Below, piece by piece: positions 36,374 through 47,289 of a stretch of 64,000 bases of DNA. Location: positions 6,572,001 to 6,636,000 of the forward strand of contig CM102286.1 in NCBI GenBank assembly GCA_046563655.1. Reading direction: 5' to 3'. This stretch comes from Yuukianura sp. NJ FZ-2021 (taxonomy: Eukaryota). A program made the translations under genes and the position numbers. Position 1 is the first letter of the stretch. The number at the start of each line of letters is the position of its first letter. The notes under the pieces were generated by a model. That model did not search any database and was not told where the DNA came from. It saw only the letters and a list, made by a program, of their open reading frames with translations.

Positions 36374-38962
36374 TCAATCGCGAGAAATAACGACGCAAAG
36401 ATATTTCGATATATTATGCGACTTAATCCACGCAATGCTAAGGAAAAAAAAGTTTTTTTGTGCAAGTGAGGCCAAAGTTCTTGCTAATTCAATGCTCAAA
36501 ACGACGAGACAGAAAAGAAAGCAAACACCGCAAGTTAAAAAAATTGTTTGGATATTCGATGACAATTTAAGCGCCTCGACCTCATCTTTTTTTTGTGCCA
36601 CATTAACGACCTCGGATACATTTTTCAGGGTTAGTCCAATTCGATGGTGCCAATACGTCCAGTAAGGGAGAATTCCGGATTGCATCAGGAGATAGAACTG
36701 ACGGTACATCCGGGCCGTGGCGGCTCGATGAAAATGGAGCAACAAGAAACCGTCCCATAATTTAAAAATTTGAGATTTCCCTTTTCTGTAAGGACCATAA
36801 CCCATCTCGTCAGCAACGCCCATGATGTCATCCAACTGCTCGTCATAGTCGATATACCCCACATTGTCGCAGGATTTCGTTAGGTTGACAATGTCTTCAT
36901 AGTGCTCTCTGAGACTTTGTATTTGCTTCGTGCGGCTGCGACTATTCTTTCTTACTTGTGTTACGATAATTCCGTTGATAAATGGTTCCGGCGAAGCGGT
37001 AACTGGCTTGCGCAGTTCTTTTTTGCTGGCCACGGCGAGTATCGCCCCGCACGAAACAAATGATTTCAAAACAGTGCCGTTTTCTCGGTACACGCGATCC
37101 ATTATTTTGACTTCAGCATCTGAGTCGGTATATGTGCAGAAGCCTGGAGGCATCGTTGTCGGAACGGGTATTCTCATACGTTCAAAAGCATCACGCAGTG
37201 CAGAACAATTCCGACTGATAGGGCAATTCATTCTACCTCCGGAATAGTCCGGAAACTCGCAATTATTACAAAGATCTCTGTTGAGCCTGGTCAACCCTTC
37301 GGTGAGTTCCGGATAGCAAAAACAATTTCGTAAATGATAGATGTAGTTCCAGCATTGCCCGTACGGCTCCAGAACGCTTTTGTTTTGTTTAGTTAAAGCA
37401 TAGTGCATTTCCATGTAAAACTTTTGGGCATAAAATACAAACCCGGGCATTTCTGTCACATTGACATTCTTGCTGGTAATGTTTGCGGGTCGCGTCAATT
37501 CAGTAGTAACGATTCCACGGTACGCCCCGGCTAGTACAACCATAATCAGCATCCAATTTCCAAGAACAAACGTTGTTGCTCGTAGTGCCCCGGGAAACCT
37601 TTGTAGCATGCGTGGAACGTTTTCACCAATGTCAAATGTTGCGGCGACATTAAAAAACAGAACCTCATGCATGAGCTGTAAGTTTTCTCGCCAGCTTGCT
37701 GACGGTCCTGTAAAACATTTTCTGTATAATAGTACCACAACAGGAAGGATTACTACGATACATGTGACATATACGACCCAACTGGCCATATCGTAAGGTG
37801 CAACGTAGAAGTACAAACTTAATGTTTGACGGACCCCGTCACAGGTAATAAAGTTCATCCACTTCTCTCCCAGCTGGAGTACAGAACGGTGCGCACGGAA
37901 TCGCTCATGGAAGAATTCTGTCTCACCCAGTTTCTCCAGTACAATGTCCCTGAGCAGATTATCGTTGCTGGAAGTCAAGTCTTCCGTCAAATATTTTAGC
38001 GGCATAATGCCGTTTTGGGAGAAAAGCCATAAGTCAACTCCCTCCATTAGAAGCCATTTGGTCAGTTGGATATTCGTAAGACCATAGACTTCTGGTGTTG
38101 ACTTACTCGGTGATCCAAAGTATACCCGCACAATATCCTTGACATTACGAAATCTCGAGTCGTTTTGCAACAAAGATCGATTCCTGTACAATTCCGTCGC
38201 TGCCGCAGAGCATTTCTCGCTATAATATCTGGACATGCATGCTCCAGAATAACTACCCGGCATAACTATCAATCCATCCAGAAATGGTTCCATGATCTTG
38301 TCCACCTTTGACCTACAGGTTGACCCGTTCATTGATTCATTGTGACACCCTCCAATTTCCACTTGTTGTAAATAGTTCGTCATATAAATAAATACAAGAA
38401 AATTGGAGTATGGCACGTTACGAAAAGTCATGGTGACGTCCTGCAGCTCGTAGTAACTCGCATTGCTACCTTCTTGTTTTGCGTAACAATGATACATGTA
38501 ATGCGTCATGAACATATTTTGTCTCGGATGTACATTAATCCAATGCGGTTCATTTTTATTTAATTTCCGATATGAGTCGTTCAGCAGTACGTTGACATAC
38601 ATGAATCTGTAAGCTTCCGGGTCCGGGTAATAACGGTCGAAGAACTCCGGCTCCAGTTCAGGTATTCGCCCGAATATATCAGTTGGATACACGACGAACC
38701 AGGCAATTGAATAAGGACGTTTACGCCATGCCCTATGAATTTTGAAATTCTGTATTGGTCGCTCCAGCATTATGACGGGAGCAGAAGTTATCGGCCCCAC
38801 ATCAAGGTTGTAGTCGGATGATGGGATTTTCAGAATAAGAATTTCTGAATCTACGTATTCCGCTACGAGTTCATTCACCCCTTTGATGAACTTTAGTTCC
38901 ATGGTTTCTGATGGGAAAAGAAAATGTGAGACAAGGACGAGTAGGATTTTTAAAAGCTTCAT
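36374..38962 (-). CDS. Intronless divergent ionotropic receptor (variant iGluR/IR family), ~862 aa
   Basis: 2.6-kb uninterrupted ORF; first ATG (38962) gives signal peptide MKLLKILLVLVSHFLFPS. Pre-M1/M1 NFITC..LSLYFYVAPYDMASWVVY; M3-like WMLIMVVLAGAYRGIVTTELTRP; late S2 LMQSGILPYW; M4 ALKLSSNIQTIFLTCGVCFLFCLVVLSIE. Order and motifs match divergent arthropod IRs. Confidence 0.85.
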   Translation of the reverse strand: MKLLKILLVLVSHFLFPSETMELKFIKGVNELVAEYVDSEILILKIPSSDYNLDVGPITSAPVIMLERPIQNFKIHRAWRKRPYSIAWFVVYPTDIFGRIPELEPEFFDRYYPDPEAYRFMYVNVLLNDSYRKLNKNEPHWINVHPRQNMFMTHYMYHCYAKQEGSNASYYELQDVTMTFRNVPYSNFLVFIYMTNYLQQVEIGGCHNESMNGSTCRSKVDKIMEPFLDGLIVMPGSYSGACMSRYYSEKCSAAATELYRNRSLLQNDSRFRNVKDIVRVYFGSPSKSTPEVYGLTNIQLTKWLLMEGVDLWLFSQNGIMPLKYLTEDLTSSNDNLLRDIVLEKLGETEFFHERFRAHRSVLQLGEKWMNFITCDGVRQTLSLYFYVAPYDMASWVVYVTCIVVILPVVVLLYRKCFTGPSASWRENLQLMHEVLFFNVAATFDIGENVPRMLQRFPGALRATTFVLGNWMLIMVVLAGAYRGIVTTELTRPANITSKNVNVTEMPGFVFYAQKFYMEMHYALTKQNKSVLEPYGQCWNYIYHLRNCFCYPELTEGLTRLNRDLCNNCEFPDYSGGRMNCPISRNCSALRDAFERMRIPVPTTMPPGFCTYTDSDAEVKIMDRVYRENGTVLKSFVSCGAILAVASKKELRKPVTASPEPFINGIIVTQVRKNSRSRTKQIQSLREHYEDIVNLTKSCDNVGYIDYDEQLDDIMGVADEMGYGPYRKGKSQIFKLWDGFLLLHFHRAATARMYRQFYLLMQSGILPYWTYWHHRIGLTLKNVSEVVNVAQKKDEVEALKLSSNIQTIFLTCGVCFLFCLVVLSIELARTLASLAQKNFFFLSIAWIKSHNISKYLCVVISRD

Positions 38963-39529
38963 TTTTTTCAATTTGAAAGTTTGGTTCAAAAATGTTTGAA
39001 GAAGACTGTCCACAGCTTTGACTCAGGAATTCAACGAGAACAATTTTTCAATGTCCACGTCAGCAAAAGTATTGTCAGGCGAGCAAAGTATTAATTAAGC
39101 TAAAACAATATTTGCGAAATACATTATAATAATTTGAATTAATCCTGTGTTTTTCCATGCTAGAAAGCTGGCATTTTGCACGCGACGCAGCGAACTTTTG
39201 AACTTTAGCTGATACTAAATCCAGACATTACCAATGCCAATGGGAGAAAGTATGACAACCTCTCTGTAAATATACAAACCACTTGCTAAATTCCAATTCA
39301 ATCAAATGCTTCTCATTCTCGATACCTCTAAAGTATTAATTTTGTAGACACGGTAGAAGTCGAGAGTATTTGGATTTTCAAAATTTTAATCTATTTTGTT
39401 GCCTGGAAAGATCGCCCAGGTTGAGGAAAACTCAAGAATTGTACTATGAATTACTAACTATTCTTCGGTTTAATAGGAAAGCGTTTCACAGCCACCCAGG
39501 GAACCCAACCCTGTTTGCTACTTTTCCGC

Positions 39530-39942
39530 GGTTCCATGCCATTTCGTCGAATGAATTAATGCGAAGCAAATTGCTGCAAACGAATTACTTCGAAAGGTCG
39601 TTTTCTACGAAAGGTACTTTACTTCGAAGCCAAACTACTACGAATCGAATTACCGCGAAAGTTGAATTACTGCAAAAGTTTAATTACAACAACTAATAAG
39701 ATACATATAACCTAGCCTAGCCAACACTAAATAACAATATATAGGTGAAGTCACGGAATGAAAAAGTACAGAACATAAAAGTGGTAACCTTATATCGCAG
39801 TAATTAGTTTCGAAGTAATTCAACTTTCGCAGTAATTCGATTCGTAGTAGTTTGTCTTCAAAGTAAAGTGCCTTTCGCAGTAAATGACCTTTCGAAATAA
39901 TTCGCTTCGCAGTAATTCATTCGATGAAATGGCGTAACTACC
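39530..39942. mobile_element. Non-autonomous foldback / Mutator-like element with ~150-bp TIRs built of TTACTTCGAA/TACTGCGAA modules
   Basis: Left arm 39530-39690 is inverse to right arm ~39800-39942; 9-bp flanking repeat CTTTTCCGC (39521-39529) / CTTTTCCAC (39943-39951), one mismatch. Confidence 0.85.
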
Positions 39943-40393
39943 CTTTTCCACTACCTAGGAAATGCTTATTTCCGTGGTGATGTTCTTCGTAACAACTTCT
40001 AACTTCTGGTTTTTATCCGTCACTGCGTTTCTAATTTCAAAAAAAAAACTACAATGCAAACCTTCCATTTTAGCCAATTTTGCGAAAGGAAAAACAGCTC
40101 TGCCTGCATACCCGCAGAACAATAATTCTTTTTCTTAGTTCCACTGATCTGAACCAGTTTTTTAGAAAGCTTTTTTGAATACTACCACCTCCACCTCTGA
40201 ATAGTCCGGGAAATGTCAGTACGAAAAACTGACGCTAGACCTTGTACTTTCTCCAACGCAAGGACGAAGCGCATTGTGAAACTCTTTGTATTCGCGTCCG
40301 ACAGAGGGACCGAGCATGAGTTCGTAAATTCCTATCTTATTAATTCTCACTTTTTGGCCCGACACACGATGGGATGTGAAATCTTATTAGGTA

Positions 40394-40512
40394 CCGTAGA
40401 TTTCCAAATAGTAGTGCCCCCGGGGGACCATTTCTTTGCAGACCTTCTTCCTCGGGGAGGGTCACTAATTTGGGGACGCGGTGGGAGCTAGGTACTATTT
40501 GGAAATCGACGG
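40394..40512. mobile_element. 119-bp MITE, Tc1/mariner/pogo-like (TA TSD)
   Basis: TIRs CCGTAGATTTCCAAATAGTA / TACTATTTGGAAATCGACGG (19 of 20 matching) flanked by TA on both sides. Confidence 0.8.
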
Positions 40513-41754
40513 TATTCATTTTTTTTTTAACAATTACTTGACTCCTGCAACAGGCGGTAGGTAGTGCTGACGTTTGCCGATTCCTTTTTGTTAAAAATAA
40601 GTTTTGTGTTTAATTTGAATCGGAATTGGATGAAATGAACATTTTCAATTGGATGAAATTTATTACTTTAATACAGTTCTGCTGTGTTACATTTATTTTT
40701 CGAAACATTTTCGCTTGTTCAAATAAACTAAAACGTTAGGACCATAGTTTTGTGTTAGCAAGTCACATTTATTAACCCAATAATTCAAGAAGTCAAACCT
40801 CTCCGCATTGCCGAACTTATTATAGTAAAAAAAAAGTACACGAAGGACAACGGATTCTTAAAAATTTGTGGAAAGAATCTGCTCTCTTTGAGTCAGTCAT
40901 CTTCAGCTCAAATTGAAATTAGTTTGAAAGTCTTCTCTTTATCATAATACAGAAATGCATTTAGAATTTAAAATCCACTTAAGGTAGACTGACAGATGCT
41001 CATTAGAAGAAGTGTTATTTGACGGTTAATTCATCATCCGTTTTTTAAGAAAGTGAAAAGTACATAATAGGTAGGTACTGACGGGGCACTAAAATAGCGC
41101 TTCAACTTTTACAATTTTCATTGTCTATGACAGTATAGCTTAACGTTAGTGCTGTTTTATTTTATTCAAAATTTTACGTTTGAAATTCTTGACGTATAAT
41201 ATAATAATAATAAGGAAGGGATTGACTGACATCTGATAAATAAAAGTGCAATGAAACGTTTTGTTTACAAGTAAAAGTAAAAGTTGAATTAAATATTTTT
41301 CTATGCAAGTCAAAATAATTTATAATAGCTTCAGACGTAGCCGGCAAGCCGGCAATAACCTTACCCAATTCTACCAAACTTATTTATACCAGCAAATCGC
41401 TGGCGTCAAGCATATAGAAGTTTATTCCTAATTTTTCCTCAGCTTTCTTAAATACTAGCTCACGTTGTTCACGTAGAATTTTTTTTCAAAGCCACATTAC
41501 CAGTATTTAACTTCATGAAAGTAGAAAAATAGTATATGAGAAATGAAATAAAGGAAAAGTATAGTCATGTTGTGTTTTAACTTTAACGCCAAAGGGAAAA
41601 CAAAATTTAGTTTTCTCCATAGCTTCAAGTCCGGTCTTGTGTTGTATAAGGTACCAAGCTATGAAATTCTAGCAAAAATTTCTCTTTCTCCGCCAGCAGC
41701 AGCTTTGTGTTGTGAGGAGCACCTCAAAAAGTAGCGCCGGCTCAACCATTCTGC

Positions 41755-42401
41755 TCAGTTCCAGTTCAACCATCGCCTCGGAATGATTCCGCTGCAACTT
41801 CAACAGGGAAGCAGAACAAACAATTCAACAAAACCACATAATTTTCCCCGCTACCACCAAAACATTAGGTTTGGTTCACCTGAATTGTTAGAGCAAATTC
41901 AAAAGTGAAAGTCAGCCATACCATTATGGCAAACAAATTGAGTTTTGCCAGAGGAATTTGAAGAATATGCATTCATTTATGCTGAATAAATTCAACCTAC
42001 CTAAAGAAAATATTTGTACGACGTACTACACTTGAACTGAAATACTTTGAAAAGCGTTTTGGCAATCTTCCACAAGGAAAAACTTCTTTGCCGCTTTCAA
42101 AGTTCTCCGAGTTTGCTTCACTGCGTCACCCTCGACGTGATACAAACTGGAACTTGTAACTCATCACCGTTTACCGCATCTCTATGCCTATCCCAGGTCA
42201 ATCACTTTGAAATCTTCAAGTTTCTTGCATCCGGATGCCAAAGTGAAGGGGATTTGAAGGACTGCGTGAGTATTATTCACTTTACTGCCATTGTTAAGGC
42301 GGAAGCTCCCTTCCACTTTACGTCTCTCATTCATTCCTTTTGAACTGTGTATCTTCTTAACACGTTGACCATTTCCAATGAGGCAAGGAACATTAAAACA
42401 G
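41755..42401 (+). other. Candidate non-coding first exon of the plus-strand gene
   Basis: TCAGTT initiator-like motif at 41755 and CAG|GTGAGT donor at 42401/42402; a second strong donor TG|GTAAGT at 43025/43026. No transcript evidence. Confidence 0.25.
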
Positions 42402-45400
42402 GTGAGTCAAGTAAAGCGTCTGCATTTGGTCGTTAGTGTCAAAACTAGTTGAGATGGAGTGATTACGAAGATATTGTTCAGCAAGATTCTTCTGCACTAC
42501 AACTTCTTCGTAGAAATAAAAGTGAATCTTGTGGAAGAGGCTGGGATAACTTATTGTTATTAAAAAAACAGCTCACACTCTGAATCACATCCCAAAGATT
42601 TGTAACTCAACCGCAAGTGATTCTAGAAATTGTTTGGCTGTTTCCAACGAACGTATCTTCCAGTAGTTTTAACAAGCCACGAAAACTAATATTGGTGAAA
42701 AGCCAAGCAAACTGGAATGAAAGAAAATCAAGAACGCTTGCCCCCGGCACCGTAAAGTACAATGTATCATCCCTTTGGAACATGTAAATCATTGAATCGC
42801 CAGAGATCGTTTCAAAACAAACAGCTAACTACATAATCTACAATTTAACAAGCAGTGATAGTTTGTAGTGAAAATGACAGTTTGGTTCTTGTTATAACGA
42901 CAAGAAAACAAAATTGAAATAAGACAGGAAAAAAAACACGGATTTACGGCCAAAACAAAACTTTACTGCGTTTCAAGCTCAACTGTACAAAACCACTACA
43001 AATGCTGGACCCGACTTTAATTGTGGTAAGTGTTTGCAACCGCATTCATTTTCTTTGTAATTTGTTTTAATACAATTTCGTGCTACCGGACTTGTTAGCG
43101 TTTATAATTGGTTTAACTAATTTAATAATTTAAAATTAGTATAAATTCTGAAAGCATCGAAGACAAGCACCACCATCTATTTGACTGTTTCGTGTTCTTA
43201 CATTAAAAAATATAAAGTTGAGTTGTAAAAGCTGATTTTTTTGCGGGTCACTCTGTTAGTCTCAACTTTCATTTTCTGCAGATTTTATTAATGTTGTGTT
43301 TTTTGTGTTGTTTTCTTATTACTATATTGCAATGATGACCTTTCTTGACAACGCTGTACATCAAGCAATTGACGTTAAGATGCATTTGAGTCAAACACGT
43401 AAGCTCAGGGGCAAAGACCACTTACTTACTATACAATACTAGTAATTACTATTGAGTAAAAGTGTAGAGAAGGTGTAACAATCGGAAGTGGTCTACCAGT
43501 TTTCTTACAAAATTGCCCTTGGGAATTGGATTCTTCACTGTTTGCATAATATTGAAGCATCACGCATGCTCTAGGTAATTTATTGTTTTGCAAACAGTGA
43601 TTGATGTATAGGTGGAGGACGTGAACTACTTTTTCAAAGAACATCTTTCCAGAAAACGACGCATGACGAAGGTGTTAGTGTTAAATGTATGGAAATCCTA
43701 GGAAGGTAAAAGTGTGTCTGAAAAATGAAGGTTTAGATCGACTGCTTTTCAACACGATTTGCTCCAAACTTTTTGTTGAAAACGGAATAAAAGTTTTCAC
43801 CAAATCCAGCCGTTGAAAATATGGAGTTTGAAGAAAATGTCAATACATATTCAGAATTTTCTGTATGCTTTTTGCTTGCTCAAAATTATGAGGTTGGAAC
43901 AGCGGTAAATTGACGTTCAAGTCCAGGCGTCGAAATTGAGTTGCTGTCCCGGATATCGTTACCGTTGTACCTTTGAATAGCTATAGACTGCGCACACAGA
44001 ATGAAAATATTGAAATTAGCAGAATTTGCTGGCATTCGCAAACTTAAGCCATTCCTTGCTTAATGAAATACTATACTTGACCTATTTCCTTTAAATATGC
44101 TTTTCTTGGCCACAAAATGCATGTCGTATTCGTTATCCGCTAAATTTTTCAACCTACGCACTGCTGAGAATGATAGCTAATATGATACAAAAAGACACGG
44201 ACGGTATACAGAACTCAAAAGGCGCCGATCTTTACCTATAGTTTAGCCAAAATTTACTTCTTTATTAATTTCTGGTTTGTTTTTCATTTATGTTAAGCTT
44301 TGGCCAAAAGAAGCTCCTAAAATGGTAAAGCGGGCTAAACGAACTTTGTAGGATTTAAAGCTGGAGCGGGGGTTGTTGTACGCAGGCTCAGAGAGGCTTT
44401 AAAAGTTACAGCAAATTCTCAAAGCCTTTTGTGTGCGCCTCTTAAGAATTCTGTGTGTTTTAATTAGTTTACCCACTCAAAGCCATTTGAGATAATATCA
44501 ATTCCAAAGATTCCTTTTCCAACACTTACTTTGGTTTCAAAGTTTAGAAAAGACAAAGAGGGGGTTAATTTATTTCAGTCTCTCTCTCTGCTTTACATTC
44601 TGCTCAACAGAATTCCCATTCAATTTGTTGGAAATCTGCTAAGACGGTTTCTAATTGACTCCCACTGCCTTCTTACCCGGGACTGACGCAGTCAAACCCC
44701 GTTGACACAAATCCAGGGTCTCAGCTATTCAATCATCCTGTTTCATCACACTTTCCCTCCTATTTTATCAATTAAGTTGCTTAAGCTTGACGTTGACTTT
44801 TGGCCTAAAAAATTTAACCGACATAGTCGTATCTGCGCAAATTCAAATTTATTTACACGATGAGAGAAGCAATTTTTTGATACCAAAGGTGAGCCTTACA
44901 AAAGCGTGACGCATTGACCATGACCTTAACTCAGGAGGCGATTCCTTGTAGCATAAAAATCCTTGGCAAAAGGCTTGGCGATTATTAATGGCTAAGGAAA
45001 TCGACCACTCATAGCATACGGCTTTCACGCGTCGGCTTAAACGAAATTGATTTTCAAAAACCAAAATCATACGCCTGCTCTTTTTTGTCAGAGATGCGCA
45101 GCCACACAAGTCAAACGAATAATATTTGTTGCATAACAAAAGTATTGCTCTGTTTTTATCGTTGGTTCAAAAAATTTTTTTCCCTCTTTGTTTTCATATT
45201 TTATCGGACTGGGACCTGAATGTATTTTTTATGAAGAACCAGTCGTTGTGAGTGAAGTCTACAAGTCAGATTAATTTTTAAATTCGCCATTTTTCCAAGT
45301 TTTTTCCGAATAATGTTTATGGTTATAAAAATATTGATTTAAAGTTTCAGAACGATAAAAAAAGAAGAACTTGTTTACAAACTTTATAGCTCCCGGTATA

Positions 45401-45770
45401 GGTTTGAACGTTTAAAAACTTTTTCACATCTTTTTCCCTATAATTAAAAGTCGCGAGTTTCAAAAGTAGTAATTGAGTTCTTTCGATTTTTTTATGATGT
45501 AGTTTGCCTCTTTTTAGAAGGTAAGAAGGTAACATAACCTAACCTTTTGTAGTCTTATGTTTTTTTGTTTCATTGCGCAACTTTCGTTCAAACCACATTT
45601 TGGATTAGGTTTATATTTAAAATTTCAAAAAAAAAAATTGATAATTTTTATGTTAACGGATTATAAGGCGCCTGGAATTGTTTTCTGAAAAGTCCTTCTG
45701 AAAAGGAACAAGCAATAACAAGGTAGTTGCAAGCTTGTTTAACTCAAAAATTTGTTTAATTTTTTTTAAA

Positions 45771-45942
45771 AGGTTATATCATAACTCCGGTTTTTTTTTC
45801 AAATTTTTTGAAGTGCGCATCTGACGGTGTTCCGTTGCGTCAGCAACTCGAAATCAACACTATGAATCCAAGCGTTAAACAGAATTGGTCCAAAAGTTGT
45901 TTTTTCTTGATTATTTTGAAAATCGGAGTTATGACATAACCT
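45771..45942. mobile_element. Small MITE-like inverted-repeat element (~170 bp)
   Basis: AGGTTATATCATAACTCCG versus CGGAGTTATGACATAACCT (18 of 19 inverse match), extending weakly inward; TSD not clearly resolved. Confidence 0.55.
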
Positions 45943-47198
45943 CTTACGGCATTTGTATAAATGGTCGCTATAGAAACCTTGAGGGAGTTGGGAACAAGGT
46001 AGTAGCAGGACCAATGCCCCTATGATCCTCGTATCCATAGCAACCCTCATGTTTTACTTTTAGCATCGTCAGCAAGAATTTGAAACCTTTCTTCATATCG
46101 ATTTTGCATGTGAATTCGGGTGTACAATCCGCAGATCATAAGGAGATCGTTGTTCTCAAAATGGAAATATAACTGAATTAGTATACGCTTCAACTGTCAT
46201 TTGAAAATTTGAGTCAGTGGTGGATTAGGGAAAGAAATGTCATGGGGAATATGGAAAATTCTGATTTTGTAAAATACTGTATTGGTATCAACTTCCATTT
46301 GCAATACTACCTATATTACCTTACGCACATGAACTTTTGTTGTACATTGCTGTTTTAGCTGCTTGGTCTCTAGCGTAGCATCTACTGTATAATTAGCTTC
46401 GCAGTTACGCAAAACAATCATATCTGGCTTCAATTTTTGTCTTGATATGAAGTGCTCTGCTATCAAAAGTATCGTGATATCGGTAATAACCCAACCTACG
46501 CGAGATTTCCATGCATGCAACATAGTTGCACAGACACGAAACATCGGGATTATCATTTCCATTGGTGAATGGGAACACAATGGGAGAAGCGCACCTACAG
46601 GTGCAGTTGCTAAATCTAATGTAAATATTGTGCTTTCTCTTTCCACAGGGGATGCGTGCAGAAGAGAATTATATGGTGAAAGTAATGGATTCTCCAGCAG
46701 TCATCACATAGTTCATGAACTTTCACGTCGACTACTTATCCAGCTACACAGAACCTCAAGGAACTTTACTCTAGCTAACTCCCATGCCAATTTACTCTTG
46801 AAATTCATAGCCTCTTCAGTTTCGAGGTTAGTGGAGTCAACAAAGGAAAGCACCCAAAGTTCAGCTCACAAAGAATTCATCTAACCAAGTGAAAGTCAAT
46901 TTTTCTTGCTTCTTTGGAACTTAACTTTCGGGAAGCTACGTTAATAACTTCCACGAACCCATCATTATCCTCGAATTAACTTCTACTGCGTAATCTACTT
47001 TGCGTAAGAAACTCTAATACGAAATAAATCCGACCGTTACCGCTTCAGTTACAACATTCAGTCCCTTTCCATGGGGAAGCCCATGAGTGTTAACGTTGCA
47101 GAGTCAGGCTGTGAGTACGAGTAATGTCAGCGCAACATTCCAGTGCTTTGACTACAATCAGACCAAGACAAATGCTGATGAAGCAGGAGACAGAACGG

Positions 47199-47289
47199 AT
47201 GAACGCATGGAGGCCCCTACTGCTCCTTTTGAGCCTCCTTGTCCATGTTACTACTGGTGCAGACGAAATTTCAGATGCTGACAGACCAA
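47199..47289 (+). CDS. Probable first coding exon (signal peptide) of a plus-strand secreted or membrane protein gene extending beyond the window
   Basis: MNAWRPLLLLLSLLVHVTTG-ADEISDADRP followed by A|GTGAGT donor (phase 1); strong upstream acceptor ctttctctttccacag at 46648, so the exon is probably 46649-47289; in-frame upstream ATGs at 47124, 47172 and 47178. Confidence 0.65.

Noticed and set aside
38963..39013. N-terminal 17-aa extension of the 879-aa ORF
   Set aside because: Starts at GTG; the first ATG (38962) directly precedes a signal peptide and is the more plausible eukaryotic start.
43700..44240. Possible decayed Helitron-like fragment
   Set aside because: Only a vague compositional resemblance; no subterminal repeats or hairpin could be fixed.
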